This document shows, piece by piece, positions 1 through 17,088 of a stretch of 64,000 nucleotides of DNA. The notes under the pieces were generated by a model. That model saw only the letters and a list, made by a program, of their open reading frames with translations, had not been told where the DNA came from and ran no database searches. A program made the position numbers and the translations under genes. Origin of the DNA: Eledone cirrhosa (Eukaryota); NCBI GenBank assembly GCA_964016885.1, contig OZ024749.1, forward strand, positions 45,384,001 to 45,448,000, read 5' to 3'. Position 1 is the first letter of the stretch, and each line of letters begins with the position of its first letter.

Positions 1-1196
1 TCCGTGTCTGCATGTTTTTGTGAATGTGTGTGTGCATGTTTGTACGTATGTGTGCGTATGTGTTGGTGTATGTGTGTCAGTGTTCATGATTTTGAAATAG
101 TTGAAACTTTCTGGCAACTAAATCAGAATTGTTCATATGTGAAAGAACTTTACTATAAATTTGAGTAATTATTCTTTTTTACATTAATGATAAACGGAAA
201 GGCCCGTGATTTAAATACTGGACAGTGACATACTAAGCATAATGAAACAAAGGTTAAAAAATATATCATATAGTTTTGTCAGATTAATTATATACAAGAA
301 ACTATTAAGTCAAGCTATATGTCAAAACAGTTATTTGAGAGAAAAAATAATGAAAACAAGAAATTAAATTTTGTCACGTTCTAGAGAAGCCTGTATTATA
401 GGACACAGTAAATTTTCTAACTCTGGATTTACTGTTTGATCTCGTGTCAACCTATATTCGCCTACTTGAAGGCGATGACACTCTCCGATCAACATCACAA
501 AATGCCCTGAGAAAATTATAATAGATTTTTGTAGGCATATCTAGTGTTGTATGTATGAAAGACACAAGACGAAGTAAAATGCTTTATTAAAAATACAATG
601 TAATTGCAGCGGCTATTCTAAAACAAGTTCAATTCAGTAGACGTTAATTACTATTTATTTATTTACTTATTTATTTATATATTTTTTATTCTATAATTTG
701 TCGTTCACTACCGGTTTCCAGCTGGTCAGTCATAGGGTCACAGTGTTTCTGACTGTGAGTGCGAATCCGGTTTGAATATGTCTCTCCGGTTGAACAAATA
801 CAAAGCAGAGTCTTTCCTGATTCGAATGCGCATTTTGTACTTTCATCATTTCTTTCTATTACGGCATGTACCGGACTGATGTGTCTCCAGACTCGAGAGA
901 GATATTCAGGCCAATGACATCTTCAGATATGTCTCAAGATATAGGCTTCCGAGAAATGTTCCTGCGATCTAGTAGGTAGATTTAATTAGTGTACACGAGC
1001 GAATCTACTACCAATAACAAACACAGTAAGTGTATTGAAACTGTAGCTCTCGGCATCCGAGACCACAAACACCTGTGGTGCTTTCACCTTAATCAACAAG
1101 CATATTCACACTCACATGTCACACTTCTCATACCTGATTTCCTTCAAATAATTGTCCACACGAGGCTTCGGATATATAACACACACACACACAGAC

Positions 1197-1294
<98 letters not shown>

Positions 1295-1923
1295 CGAGTT
1301 CTCACTGTGATGAACCTACAGTTATTGGACCTTACAATCCCTATATATATATATGATTGATCAATATAATCGTGTATTGATCAAAATTATTTTTAACATC
1401 TCTGCTTTTATTGACGTTAGTTGAGCTGACTTATATACCTTGCGGAGAGCTATTTTTAGCATTTCTGTTAAGTCACCTGTTTCCTACAACATAAGCGTCA
1501 TTATTCATGTGTTTTCACAGTTTGTGATTTGACTGCAATGTCTGTCAGCTGGAGCTATTTGAATATAATAAGATGCTGCCGACTGAGGATGACCTAACCT
1601 TTTAATTATGCTTTTTTTAAGTTAATAATGGCAATCGGCATTATTTCTTGTGAGATCGAATCGGAGATCTATGTCTTAAGAATCGGTATTTAGCATCTTC
1701 ATATAAGTTAATTGATTATTTTCTCGCTTTTCTTGTGCTTATATATATATATATATATATATATATACGTATTGTCATGGATACGTTTAGGTAATATTAT
1801 CTGATGTGCACGCTTTGACTGACTCTCTTTACAACCGTTCTGTCATCGAACAACTGCAGAGGAATATGATCGATATTACTAAGTATCGATCAAAATTACT
1901 CTAATATATATATATACATACAT

Positions 1924-1956
<33 letters not shown>

Positions 1957-1960
<4 letters not shown>

Positions 1961-2064
1961 TTAAAATAACAGATTAAATATTTGCTCTACGGTTCTTATA
2001 TATTTGATATATATTTATCCTTATCGAGCCCTCTTTGGATTTTAGTCTTCAAATTTATTATTAT

Positions 2065-2068
<4 letters not shown>
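1957..2068. mobile_element. (TA)n-embedded short element; related pieces at 6953-7001 and 54685-54731
   Basis: tttatccttatcgagccctctttggattttagtcttcaaatttatta is the reverse complement of 6953-7001; both termini recur joined at 54685-54731. Confidence 0.55.
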
Positions 2069-2129
<61 letters not shown>

Positions 2130-2605
2130 ACTCAACAAACATCGTCGTCCTCATCAGCATCATCATCACCACCAACTCAAGTGACAATACCGCCCCCACG
2201 ATAACCATACCCACATTGGCTAGCACCAGAACCAAAGCCATTATCATCATAATCATCATAATTATTATTGTAAGCATTATAATCATCAACATGGTAAACA
2301 ACAAAAACAAAAGCTACAGACAAAACAATATCTACAGCAACAATAAAGCACCAGCATTTCATTCAACAACAATGGAAGCTTCACCAACAATAATAAAACC
2401 AACTACAACAGAATTAATATTTCCCTTTCAACCATCAACGACAAAACAAGAGTAAGAAGAAGAACAACAACAACTATAACAAGAAGAAACGTGAGAGGAA
2501 AATAATTCAACTTTATCATCGCATCATCAACATCTTCATACAGAAGACATTTAACAATCGTCATTTAATGTATGTGTTAAGTCGCTGTTGAAGAGAACAA
2601 CGCAA

Positions 2606-2720
<115 letters not shown>

Positions 2721-3095
2721 AAAAAAAGAGTCCAGCTGGATTTTCGATTTCATCTTTTTTCCCTATATATATATATATATACATATACATATTATGTGTA
2801 TATTTGTGGATGTGTATATATATATATACACACAAACACTCGCACACACATACGCATATAAACACATATATATTTACATATATCTACATACGCATACATA
2901 AACCAAGTCTGACTGAGAAAGAAAAAATGTATAAGAAGCAATCTTGAAATTTATGCATTATTATTAATCAAGTGTGCAATGGAGCATAGAGGAGAGCTAG
3001 TGAAATGATAAACATTAAAATAACTCACACTCACTCTTATATTACTGAATGATCTGGGCTGACGATTAAACTGGGGAATAATTATGCCTATATCA

Positions 3096-3306
<211 letters not shown>

Positions 3307-3616
3307 CACAAATCTTTTATATATATATATAAGATATATATATGTAAATATGTATGTAATTATATATATATATAATATGTATATATTTACATACACACAC
3401 ACATGCATATGTATATATATATATATATATATATACAATTATGTTTATACGTACGTATGTATATGTACGTAGTTGTGTCTGTGTGTGTGCATATGTATCT
3501 ACGCCGGGGTGCCTGTGTGTGTATGTCCTTTTCATTCTATCACACTTCTACATTTATCTAAAGCTTTCTAGCTTTCTCGTTTTTCTACGCTCAGGCATAA
3601 ACAGACACACACAAAT

Positions 3617-3716
<100 letters not shown>

Positions 3717-3932
3717 ACTCACAAACACATACAATTTTGTATATCTCTGAAATATTTTGCGCTCATAAACCGAAATGTTTTTGCATTTAATTCATTTTGG
3801 TTTAATTTTTACTTGTCTGTAAGCTTCCCTTTCTCTCCTCTATTCGTTCTTCTCTCCCTCTCTCTGTCTCGCTCGTCTTGTATATATATGCATAAATACT
3901 CACACACACACATATATATATACCTATCATAT

Positions 3933-3971
<39 letters not shown>

Positions 3972-3981
<10 letters not shown>

Positions 3982-4100
3982 TCACATGAATCAAAGTTCT
4001 GTTCAAACCATTTATTAGCTTACAATTGTTTCGTCCAAACCAGAACTTTGATTCATGTGAATTCTATATAACTGCTCTGTAGAACAACTGATGTTATTAC
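3972..4100. mobile_element. Mini inverted insertion with HHR 3' half
   Basis: 30-bp arms 3972-4001 and 4041-4070; spacer on the - strand reads ggac-GAAA-caattg-TA-agct-AATAAA. Confidence 0.55.
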
Positions 4101-4222
4101 ATTGAGCTATTTATCTTACTGGTAATAAGGTAGTAATAAATTACTGTCTTTCACTGTTTAGGGTTTAAAATATATATAACTATAAGTTTTAGCATATACA
4201 TAACCATAAATCGTATCCTTAA

Positions 4223-4314
<92 letters not shown>

Positions 4315-4422
4315 TTATGCATACATAGCATTCATATATTTATGCATACATATATATATATTCATACATACATGATAATGTTATGCTGGTCTACAATCAA
4401 ATTTTCTCCCAAATTATTTTCT

Positions 4423-4908
4423 CTAGCACACATACACAGGTAATATCACACAGATCTTGGTAAATAGAGGTATCTTTATTTTTCTCAATGTTATTAATAT
4501 CTTCACAGATATCCATATCTAATTTAAGTAACCGCAATATGTAATTATCGACTCTACGTAATCTGTATTCACATGGAAGTTGATAAATGTTCCTCCTAGT
4601 TCTACGGTAAAGACTGTTGAAAGCAATCTGTTCAATGTTCGGAGAACAATTTACGACATACCGGCCAAAAATGTATTTAAGATTACCAAGAACATTGTGA
4701 AAAATGCTCCAATACAATTTATAAACCCGTGTATTGTTGTATTCTGGAACGTGCATATGTGTCAATCGTCGATGTGTTTACAAAAACTATTGTATATCAG
4801 TCCAATTGTACCAATTACAATTGCAAACATTGTAATAATTGTTGTAATGTTTTCAAATGAATAGTTAAATTCGCGTGATTTCTTAGCTTTACAGCTCACA
4901 TTTTCACG
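4423..4908 (-). pseudogene. Probable class A GPCR pseudogene fragment (TM1-TM3)
   Basis: One frame gives ITTIITMFAIVIGTIGLIYNSF / FINCIGAFFTMFLVILNTFLAGM / YVESIITYCGYLN*IWISVKILITLRK; stops at 4762, 4651 and 4519. Confidence 0.45.
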
Positions 4909-5549
4909 GCATTATAGTCATTCAGTATTGATATGTCAAATTATTAGAACACTATTGTCAATGCTGTCAAGAAAATTGTCGTCATGTTTATTATATGCTA
5001 GATCCTGGTCTATATGTACACTAAAGATCACAAGAATCTTTATATTGTTATTTTCTGAAACAGTTATGTGATCTTACGTCAAATTGAAGTAGTGTAGCCA
5101 AGCGTATGTTCATTTCTATTTTTTTTTTTTCAGAGTTTATTATGATGGAGCTAATGTGGAAAATCCTTATACAATATGTTGAATAGCTTTAGAAAATAGA
5201 CCACACAAATGAAGTTTCTTATTTGTGTTATAAGAACCAATGTTGTTCCCTAAAAAGATAATACAAGAAAATACAATATGTATAATGCAACATGTTAATT
5301 AAGTCACTGTCATTTAATCCGCAACAAGGAAACACATTCATAATAAAGCGTATTTTATCCTGGATATCGTTAATATAAGTCCAGATATTCATGTCAAATT
5401 ATGTTGTGTATATAAACAAATATATATAGGGTAGGCTCCTGCGAAAAAGGTGTACATTTCTAATATATCATGTAGTACTCTTCGTCGGATAGTGAAGGTA
5501 GGACCGAATAAATATATTGGGTTGCGAGTGAGCATATATGGTAAGCGTA

Positions 5550-5578
<29 letters not shown>

Positions 5579-5583
<5 letters not shown>

Positions 5584-5751
5584 GTTTCTACTTTTGGCAC
5601 AAGGAGAGCAATTACCCAGTGCATTACTGGTACTTTATTTTATCGACCCCCGTAAGGTGAAAGGCAAAGTGAACCACGGCAGGATATCAAGGGGCGTACC
5701 TCTAGGCTGAAAAGCATAGCGTCCGACTTTCTACCGATACTGCCAACCCGC
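5579..5751 (-). mobile_element. tRNA-derived SINE (family 1), diverged
   Basis: Homology to the 15058-15241 consensus. Confidence 0.8.
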
Positions 5752-5796
5752 GTCCTATATATATAAAATCGATAACAAAAGGACATATATATATAT

Positions 5797-5974
5797 AATT
5801 GTTTCTACTTTAGGCACAAGGCCAGCAATTACCCAGTACATTACTGGTACTTTATTTTATCGACCCCGTAAGGATGAAAGGAAAAGTCAACCTCAGCGGG
5901 ATTTAAACTCAGATCGTAAAGGGACATAACTATACTGGAAAGCATGGCGTCCGACCCTCTACCGATACTGCCAA
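5797..5974 (-). mobile_element. tRNA-derived SINE (family 1)
   Basis: Full-length match to consensus. Confidence 0.85.
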
Positions 5975-6413
5975 TATATATATCATGGTTGCGGTTTAGT
6001 ATTGAGTACAAATATTAATCGGAAAAAATAACCATGAAGACACATTAATAAATAGATAATAATAATATCAACAACAACAGCAACAATAATAATACATTTA
6101 ATAATATTGATAAATAGAATTAACAGTGCAGAACAACAACAGGGGAATAATAATGAAACACAGGCAACATATTTTTTTCTGCTACCATACTATATTGATT
6201 TATAACAAGATGCTACATATTTTATCAAACCCTGGTAGTTGAAATGCAAATGCGCATATTATTTTCATAAAATCGATAACAAAAGGACAAAATATAAAGT
6301 TGCCACAAGCGGGATTCGAACTACAAATATAAATAAAGAAAGAAATGTACTGTTTGCTGCACATGTTCCACATCATTCTACATCATCTCATTAACCATCA
6401 TAATAATAGTAAT

Positions 6414-6600
6414 AATTGTTTCTACTTTTGGCTCAAGGCCAGCAATTATCCAGTACATCACTGGTACTTTATTTTATTGACCCCGTAGGGATGAAAGGCA
6501 AAGTTAACCTCGGCGGGATTTGAACTCTGATCACAAAGGGACATAACTATGCTAGAAAGCATGGTGTCTGACTCTCTACCGATACTGCCAATGCACCACC
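6414..6600 (-). mobile_element. tRNA-derived SINE (family 1)
   Basis: Full-length match to consensus. Confidence 0.85.
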
Positions 6601-6812
6601 CTTTTAATAATAGTAATAATAACGGCTTCTTGAATAAGAATAGTTTTAGAACACTAGAGTGCGTGTTTGTTATCGACTTCCGCAAGCCATTGATTGGTGG
6701 TTACATATTTTATCAATTCAATGTCATTGTCGGACTGGTAGGTTATGCCACATGTACATATATACATATATTTGTATATACTGTATATATATATATATAT
6801 ATATATATAAAT

Positions 6813-6943
<131 letters not shown>

Positions 6944-7024
6944 TATATATATATAATAAATTTGAAGACTAAAATCCAAAGAGGGCTCGATAAGGATAAA
7001 TATATATATACATATATGTATGTA

Positions 7025-7182
7025 AAAGGTAAACAGAAATAAGAACACAATCGATACAGTATATGGAAGGGATATATTAGGTTAACGCTTGTTATAGCAG
7101 GAAGAGGGTCTTAACGTTACCGACGCTAGTCCTTCATCAGAAGAAAGAATGAGAAATAAGATAGATTGAGGGGACGGGAATG
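7025..7182 (-). mobile_element. Family A HHR-bearing element
   Basis: aaaggtaaacagaaataa...tatatggaagggatatattaggttaac...ccttcatcagaaga. Confidence 0.65.
7109..7144 (-). ncRNA. Degenerate hammerhead motif, family A
   Basis: Reverse complement tctt-CTGATGA-a-ggac(tagc)gtcg-GTAA-cg-TT-aaga; two substitutions relative to the family consensus. Confidence 0.65.
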
Positions 7183-7450
7183 TATGTGTCACACAGAGGA
7201 TTTGAACCCAGGGTAAATCAATCATACCTGTTCTAAAGTGATATCGATCCATCCATTAATATTCTGCCATAATATATTGTGAGTATTTCTGTGTGAAACT
7301 CAGAAATGATGGCGGACCCATCAGATGTTTGTCTTTTAAATAAATATGAATTTTACATCAAGAGTTGAGTGTTTTCCCTTAAGTTTGTACATATATGTAT
7401 ATTCAATCTCTCCATCTCCCCTTCTGTCTCTCTCTCTCTCAGTGCACCCC

Positions 7451-7498
<48 letters not shown>

Positions 7499-7608
7499 AC
7501 ACATATATATATATGTATGTATATATATATATGGGTGTGTGTGTGTGAATAGACATAATCGTGTGAAAATATTCGTATATGCAGATTATGTGCAAGAATT
7601 GTGGTGCT

Positions 7609-7649
<41 letters not shown>

Positions 7650-8143
7650 TCCTTTGTCAGGCAAACTTTGAATGATGCCAGTCAGTATATACATGGTTCT
7701 ATTTGTCTCTAGGCCCCTATGCGCATGTGCATGCATGAGCAGTATGTATATATATGTCAATGTGTGTGAGTGTGGTTTTGGCTGTATGCGTATGTATAAA
7801 TTCAAAGACACGGTAAATGATGGTCTCTAACAACATTGAGATTGAAAAAATATATCAAAAATAGAATTATATTCTCGAATGCTGTGAAGATTCAGCTTGT
7901 GATTTTACCATAGTTAATTTTAGGTCATCACTTCTTATGTGTTGTGGATGGGGATAACATTAATAGGGTGAAGAGAGAGAGAGACAGAGAGTGAGTGAGA
8001 GGGAGAGAGAGAAGGGGAGGGAGGCAGGAAAGAGTAGGAGACGAAGTGTAAAACAGCAAAAGATGATGAATCCATTAAGCGCCATTGTTGAATTGAAGTT
8101 TATGAAATTTAATCACTTTCGATTAGACCCACCCACCACACAC

Positions 8144-8179
<36 letters not shown>

Positions 8180-8234
8180 ACTCATGCACAAATATATACA
8201 CCCACACTCACACACACACATATATATATATACG

Positions 8235-8331
<97 letters not shown>

Positions 8332-8376
8332 TTATACATATATATATTTATATATATATTTATACATATATATATT

Positions 8377-8491
<115 letters not shown>

Positions 8492-9050
8492 GCTCATGCG
8501 TATGTATGTGTATACTCCGTGTCCTCACACATGCAGATAACATATTTCCAACTCCCCAGTTAACATATCTGTGATTATATATAAATCGAACAACAAAAAA
8601 AGAAGAGGTAATTGAAGATAAAAGATAATGATTATGATAATGATGATGATGATGGTGATGATGATGGTGATTATAATGATGATTTTATATACATTTATGT
8701 GAATTTCTGTCTCTCGTCTTATCATTATCTCTCTACACGAACAAACGCGGGCCTTTTGGTTACGAACACTTTATTCGTTACCACATCAGTTAAACTATAT
8801 AAATTTCAGGACAATTTATTATATGCCCTTAAGCAATGGCGAAAACGTATATGTAAATATCTCTTAAGAACAAATAAACCATGAATTATCTATAAACATA
8901 AACGCAGCCGTCTGAAATCGCTCATCAGAATGACAAATCTAACGTCCATATCAAATTGTTTATTCTGATGATGGATTTCAGACATCTCTGTGGAGCTCGT
9001 CTCTCTTCGTGAAATCTTATGCTGTTTATTACATAACTATACACACACAC

Positions 9051-9097
<47 letters not shown>

Positions 9098-9633
9098 TAG
9101 ATCGATAGATCGATATATATAGATACATAGATAAAGATATAGATAGATAGATAGATTGTTCGATAAATAGATAGACATATGTATGATAGATATATGTGTA
9201 TGTGTAAATATATACATGTATGTGTGTGTCTCGTGTGCGTGTCTTACAGAAAGCCGTCAAGACGGGCATTGTTGGAATACCTTTTAATCAAAACACTGCT
9301 CACTAAAGGCTGACCGTAGACGAAACAACAACAATTACAATAATAATAACAATTATAATAATAATAATAATAACATTTGCGCTCTTATTCTGCGTAGACG
9401 AATAAAGGCAACACAAATTATGTATGGACAACAACATATAGCATTTCATTGTATTTTTGCTATGAATCTGAAACTCCGTACGTCTGTGTAAGAAATCAAT
9501 CAAACACAATATGTGAATATTTTTGTCGATAAAGCAAATATATTTTCTAAAATAGAGAAAAAAATACAACCTATACGTGAAACCTTTGTTAATTGCATTC
9601 ATTTCACTTTTGGTTTGTCCAACATGCCTGTAT

Positions 9634-10084
<451 letters not shown>

Positions 10085-10282
10085 ATATATGTATATACAG
10101 ATAGGCAATCTCAGTGCAGAACTGCTATAAATTAAAACCTATTGAATACAAATAATCACTTTAGTAGGTCACAGTTAAACTACCAGAATATTGCAAATGT
10201 CCACCAACAATTATTTGGCAATTAAGGATTCCAAATTCCTCCGAAAATAACTGGTATTTAACATTATTCACCATGTTTTGTT

Positions 10283-10375
<93 letters not shown>

Positions 10376-10412
10376 CATATACATACATACATATATATAT
10401 ATATATACACAT

Positions 10413-10487
<75 letters not shown>

Positions 10488-10812
10488 TATATGTATGTGT
10501 ATATATGTACATATTTTATCTTTCCGATTCATTTTAACTTCTCGGACATAACAACAACTAACTCATATGCACTTGTGAATATTGAATAAGTCTTTTCTAA
10601 TTCATACAATTATCTGGAAGGGTATTTCCCTTCTTTAACAATAGTCTTAATTTTAAAAAGATACAGTTCAATTGTGTTTCCTATTGAATCACCATTACAT
10701 TGATTTTTCAAATAACTTTACGAAGTTTCTCAAATTAATACATCACACGATATAGCCCTGGTACAAGAGTATTATTACGTTTGTATTATAATTATTGATG
10801 TTGTTATTATTG

Positions 10813-10914
<102 letters not shown>

Positions 10915-11346
10915 TTTTAATGCGTTAAATTAAACTCCTTCCTTTACTGGTCATTTGTTGTCTGAATATGTTTACATAGATTTATTATAATTCTCCTTTA
11001 CAGACACAAGCATACAATGTACATCACACATATATTTCAATTAAGTATAGATATAAGTATCATTTTTATCTCACCTTATGATTTTTGAACGCAGAAAATG
11101 ATTATACTTATATATAATACAGTTTATAGCGATGAATATGATTTTCTATTCATGTTTACGCATTCATGCTTTTCGACGACAATCCAGTGTGAAAACCTGA
11201 ATAGTAAAATACTTCGGAGTCTCGCTCACTGATCTGTGATATCATGAATTCTAAAGTTGATGAAAGGGCGTTGTCAGCGTATCTTCTTCATATGAAGCCC
11301 ATTTCTTTTTAGGATTAAGCATAGCTTATTTCTTTCAGGATATATA

Positions 11347-11415
<69 letters not shown>

Positions 11416-13307
11416 TTATATATACATACAGATAGAAAATTAGATAGATAGATAGATAGATTGATTGATTGATAAAGAGATAGTGAAAGATAGAGAGAGA
11501 AAGCGCGTGAGTATGTTTGTAAGTAGACAGTAACGTCAGGAAAACAATGGAAAAGAACCGACCTCGGTACTGGATTGATACGAAAGCTATTTTCAATTCT
11601 AAGTATGGCAAAACTTCAAATCAACTTTTATTCCTGAAAAAACTAGCAAGGTCAATGTCACATTTTATTTTTACCGTTGAAATTCGCATGCTTAACTGCT
11701 GGAAATGTTTCTGTTATGAACAGCCTTCAAAGAGCTAATGCTCAAACGGGCTGACATGGGATTTCATTACACTAACAGAAAATAAATATATCCGGAGGTG
11801 CCTCCGCCAACAACCTAGCGTTTGTATAGGGCATAATTCTTAATATTGCTTTTCATTTCATGTTCATTAGTGAAGGAATGAGATTTCTTGACGTCTCATT
11901 AGCAATGATACAGTTTACTCTATGGAAAATTATTTTTTGAAAAAAAAAAGAAAAAAGAATACACGTATATTTAAATAAAAATATTAAAGAAAAAATATTA
12001 CTGCAATTAGAAAATGGAAACCTAATCAAAAATTACAGGAAAGAAAATTAAATAGTATTTTTGTTAATTAACCATGCTGACATGAACATTTAAACATTCG
12101 ATTCAGAAAATATGGATTATTTTTACACACAAAGAAAAAAAAAATTTAGAATTTTTTTATTTTTATTTCATTTTTAAGTCTTAATTTTCGTTATTCATTT
12201 ATCTTGAAATCGAATGTGGAAGAAATTAATTTTAAATTTTAGTTACTTCAATCTCTCCAAAGAGGCCTCGAGGTTTATGAAAGATGAAAATATGAGATTG
12301 TAACTTGTTCATGCTTTTCTCAAGGACATTAATGTTGCTCATGAACCAGAACGTGTCTAGATGCTAATAAGATATTTTAGGTAGCACAGTTTGGTGTACA
12401 AGAGACAAGAGATATATTTAGATAGATAACAACCTCGTTATTTAGCTTCTGGTTTGTGCTTACATCTGATAATTGACATTCCAGAGGTGATGGACTTTTA
12501 TCATATGCATGCAATCATCTAATGTCCCGTAACTCCTGAGGGAATCGTTGAGGCACCGTATTGACATACGGCGTTTTGGGGGCATTTTAAAACCTGGCGG
12601 AGACCCCCCCTCAGGTCTGAATACAATAGATTTCTTAGAGAGAAGGATAGAGAGTCAGAGAACTGAATTCAGAAAGATATATAGAGGAAGAATCGACTCC
12701 AGTACTGGTCAGGTACTTTTTTGTCGGCCACGAATTAATGAAAGGCAAAGGTTATCTTGAAAAAAAAGTTAAAACTAACTTTGAAGTGTCAGAATATATT
12801 CTCTTGAAACCCCACCACACACACACACACAGTATAAAACCCCATAAAACTAAGAATATTACGGACTAGAATTGCTTTGATAATAAATCATTCGATAATG
12901 GACGCCCTGGCGTGAAGCAAAGAAAACAACTTCAGAATTTCAAAAAAAAAAAAATTGCCTTCTTACTTTAATAAAATCGAACATAATCAATTAAAGCAAC
13001 AAATGTACTTGACTGATAATTATTTTATCGATACCAGGAGCGTGAAAGAGCAATCGTCTCAACTAAGAAATGAGGACAAAATGAGGGACAACATTCTATG
13101 CTTCATTTGATTAATAATTTACAGGCTTATGTTTCATAATTAGTAGACGTATATGTTAGGTCAACGATGTCAAGTGTTTTAATGCATCTAAAGTTTGTAG
13201 GATGGTGGAATAAGCCTACATCAAAAGTATATGTCAATTGGAACAAATATCTATCTATCTATCTGTCTAAATCTCTCTCACTCTCTCTCCCCTCTCTCTC
13301 TCTCTCA

Positions 13308-13358
<51 letters not shown>

Positions 13359-13416
13359 TAGATGTATATATATATTATCACTCCCTCTCTCTTTTATATA
13401 TATATATATATATATA

Positions 13417-13492
<76 letters not shown>

Positions 13493-13569
13493 TAATATAT
13501 ATACATCTATCTATCTGTCTATCTGTCTATTTGTCTAGTATCTCGCGCTCTCTCTCTCCCCACTCTCTA

Positions 13570-13618
<49 letters not shown>

Positions 13619-13812
13619 CGAAGTACAGCGTATTCGAACCTCGAGTCGCAGCTAAGACAACGATTGCAACCAGAAGTGCAGCCAAGCACTCGATAAGGTA
13701 TAAAACCTTAGAGTAACAACATACCATTTAATGGGCTTTGCAAATTGAAGATAGCGACCGGTAATTCAGCCGCGGGGACCGTAGCAACGAAAGAAGTAGC
13801 TCGCGAGAAAAA

Positions 13813-14055
<243 letters not shown>

Positions 14056-14199
14056 TAACCTATATATATACGTATGTCTGTCTGGGTGTGTGTGGCCATG
14101 TATTAATGGAGAAATATGTGCGATACACATTAAATTTTAAAGTGACGGCTATAAATCATACAGAGTAATTGCGAAGCCTCAAAGAGGTCCAATATATAC

Positions 14200-14269
<70 letters not shown>

Positions 14270-14450
14270 TGTATTTGAAAGTATGTCACTCCCCCCGCCA
14301 CCAGAAAGGCTTACTGCAGGTGTAGATTGGTATAGATTACAATGCAAGCCTGTAATGTTTAACTTTGCATATCGAGACGTCTAGCAACGCACACACACCC
14401 ACACAAATACAAACATAAACAAACACCAACCCTACACACACATGTATATC

Positions 14451-14486
<36 letters not shown>

Positions 14487-14491
14487 TACAC

Positions 14492-14523
<32 letters not shown>

Positions 14524-14573
14524 GTATATATATAATTTTATACATATATATATATATATACACATAATATATA

Positions 14574-14689
<116 letters not shown>

Positions 14690-15057
14690 GTCGTAAAGTA
14701 TGATATTTGTAGAAACTTCTTTAATTTCAAGAAATTTCTACAAAATTCATACTTGACGACCGAATATATTTATATATATATATATTTATATATATGCACT
14801 TTCATAATCAGAAAAAAATCCTGCATTTATATATGTTTATATATATGAATATATAAGCATCTGAGATGAATTTAATGTCGATATATTTAATGTTTCTTCT
14901 ATCGTAAAAGCCTTGTTGGTGAGAAGGAATATGGCTGTTTAAAACCATTGTTTTGTTTTCGTATACACACAAGTACCCAAAATATTTCCTTTACATGTTT
15001 TACAGACAGTTTGGTGTTCATCGTAATGCAAATCATGTCAATTATATAACACAATAT

Positions 15058-15241
15058 AATTGTTTCTACTTTAGGCACAAGGCCAGCAAATTACCCAGTG
15101 CATTACTGGTACTTTATTTTATCGACCCCGTAAGGATGAAAGGCAAAGTCAACCTCGGCGGGATTTGAACTCAGATCATAAAGGGACGTAACTATGCTGG
15201 AAAGCATGGCGTCCGACCCTCTACCGATACTGCCAATCCAC
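15058..15241 (-). mobile_element. tRNA-derived SINE (family 1) with TSD
   Basis: A-box tggcagtatcgg, B-box gagttcaaatc, central ggttgactttgcctttcatccttacggggtcgataaaataaagtaccag (Meta-domain-like from memory); TSD acacaatataat at 15049-15060 and 15240-15251. Confidence 0.9.
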
Positions 15242-16084
15242 ACAATATAATGTTACTCGTATCTGTTTGTCACGTCCCAAAATCTATTAAAGATTTTAGA
15301 TTCTGAAGCCAATCAAATAATTTTAGGTTTCCAATAAATTTACACATTTTCGTCGTGTCAGTTGTATCTGAAGTTATCATCGGAGCTTTAATAATATATA
15401 GCATATTCGATTTTTCTCGTCCTATGTAGGTTAGGTAACAGTCATATGTTAGGTAACCTAGCACGGCAGTTAGACCTGAGATACCCTATTACGAAAGTGC
15501 CAAAGACTGATACATAGTAAAGAGAAATTGTACAGAGTTGATGCCTGATCAATTGGTGAGTCGACTAAATTACTAAATGTTTCATAGTTGGCCGAGTTGT
15601 ATGCACGTGATATACCTCAGCATTCCATAACTGATTATTAAAAACGAATAAAAAGTCAAAAGATGCCCCAGCATGGCCTAAGAGGAGTGGACGAGGTAAA
15701 ATATCACATACATATTTGTACGTGTAAGGTTGTGTTATGGGGGTGTATAATAGGTAGTGTGTTATTTTCTGTCCTAATGTTGTATATTATGTTGGGGAAT
15801 TTTTATATATTACTTACTAGTGACCTTATCACGCAGTGGTCGACATTGCATGCGTGAGAACGCTATTCGTGTCACATTGTGAAGATTATTAATTGTTAGA
15901 ATTGGAAATATATTTAGATTGACACACATACACATTCATAGATAGAGGCACACACATACATATATACACACATACCGTCAATTTAACACGCGCATACAGT
16001 ATTTTCAACGAGTTATGCCCACTCATACGTAGTATACATCCCTTCATATATATATATATATATATATATATTCATATATATATT

Positions 16085-16166
<82 letters not shown>

Positions 16167-16248
16167 TATATGTATATGTATATATATGTATATATATATA
16201 CATATATATATATATATACATATATGTATATATATATGTATGTATATA

Positions 16249-16329
<81 letters not shown>

Positions 16330-16336
16330 ATGTATA

Positions 16337-16392
<56 letters not shown>

Positions 16393-16440
16393 CATATATG
16401 TATATATATATGTATGTATATATATATGTATATATATATA

Positions 16441-16532
<92 letters not shown>

Positions 16533-17004
16533 AATATATATATATTTCTAAATTACTGTTGTCTAACCTCAGATTTAGAACACAATCAACAAACCTATTT
16601 TTATCACATGACTTCCCCATTACTTTTTCCTTAAAGCAACACAAACACTTTGACGAATTGTTAAATTTTCCAATTAGTTAGCTATTGATTCGCAAACAGC
16701 TTTAGGTTCAGTCTACCTAATTTAATTATCACTCATTCCCAGATCAAGTGGTTTTATTTTAATGTCTATACAGGATAGTTTAACCGCAAGGCTACCTAAT
16801 ACTCTGACAGTATGCTGATTTCCTTGTTTTTTTTTTTGTAATCAAAAAATGTAAAAGAAAATAATAGGAGAAAAACTCTTCTAAATGATGCATCTATATG
16901 GTACACACCACTGTCCCGCACACATAGAAATATATATATATATATGTATGTATAAATATATATACACACACACACATACACACTCACACGCACACACACA
17001 TATA

Positions 17005-17083
<79 letters not shown>

Positions 17084-17088
17084 ATTTA

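Noticed and set aside
4397-4765. 122-aa ORF as a real gene
   Set aside because: No recognisable motif; the overlapping stop-containing frame looks more protein-like (GPCR)
5440-5495. - strand CCGACGA...GAAA-tgtaca motif
   Set aside because: Core and cleavage-site mismatches, no stem II
13741-13805. TTGAAGA...GAAA hammerhead-like stretch
   Set aside because: Stem I and stem III do not pair
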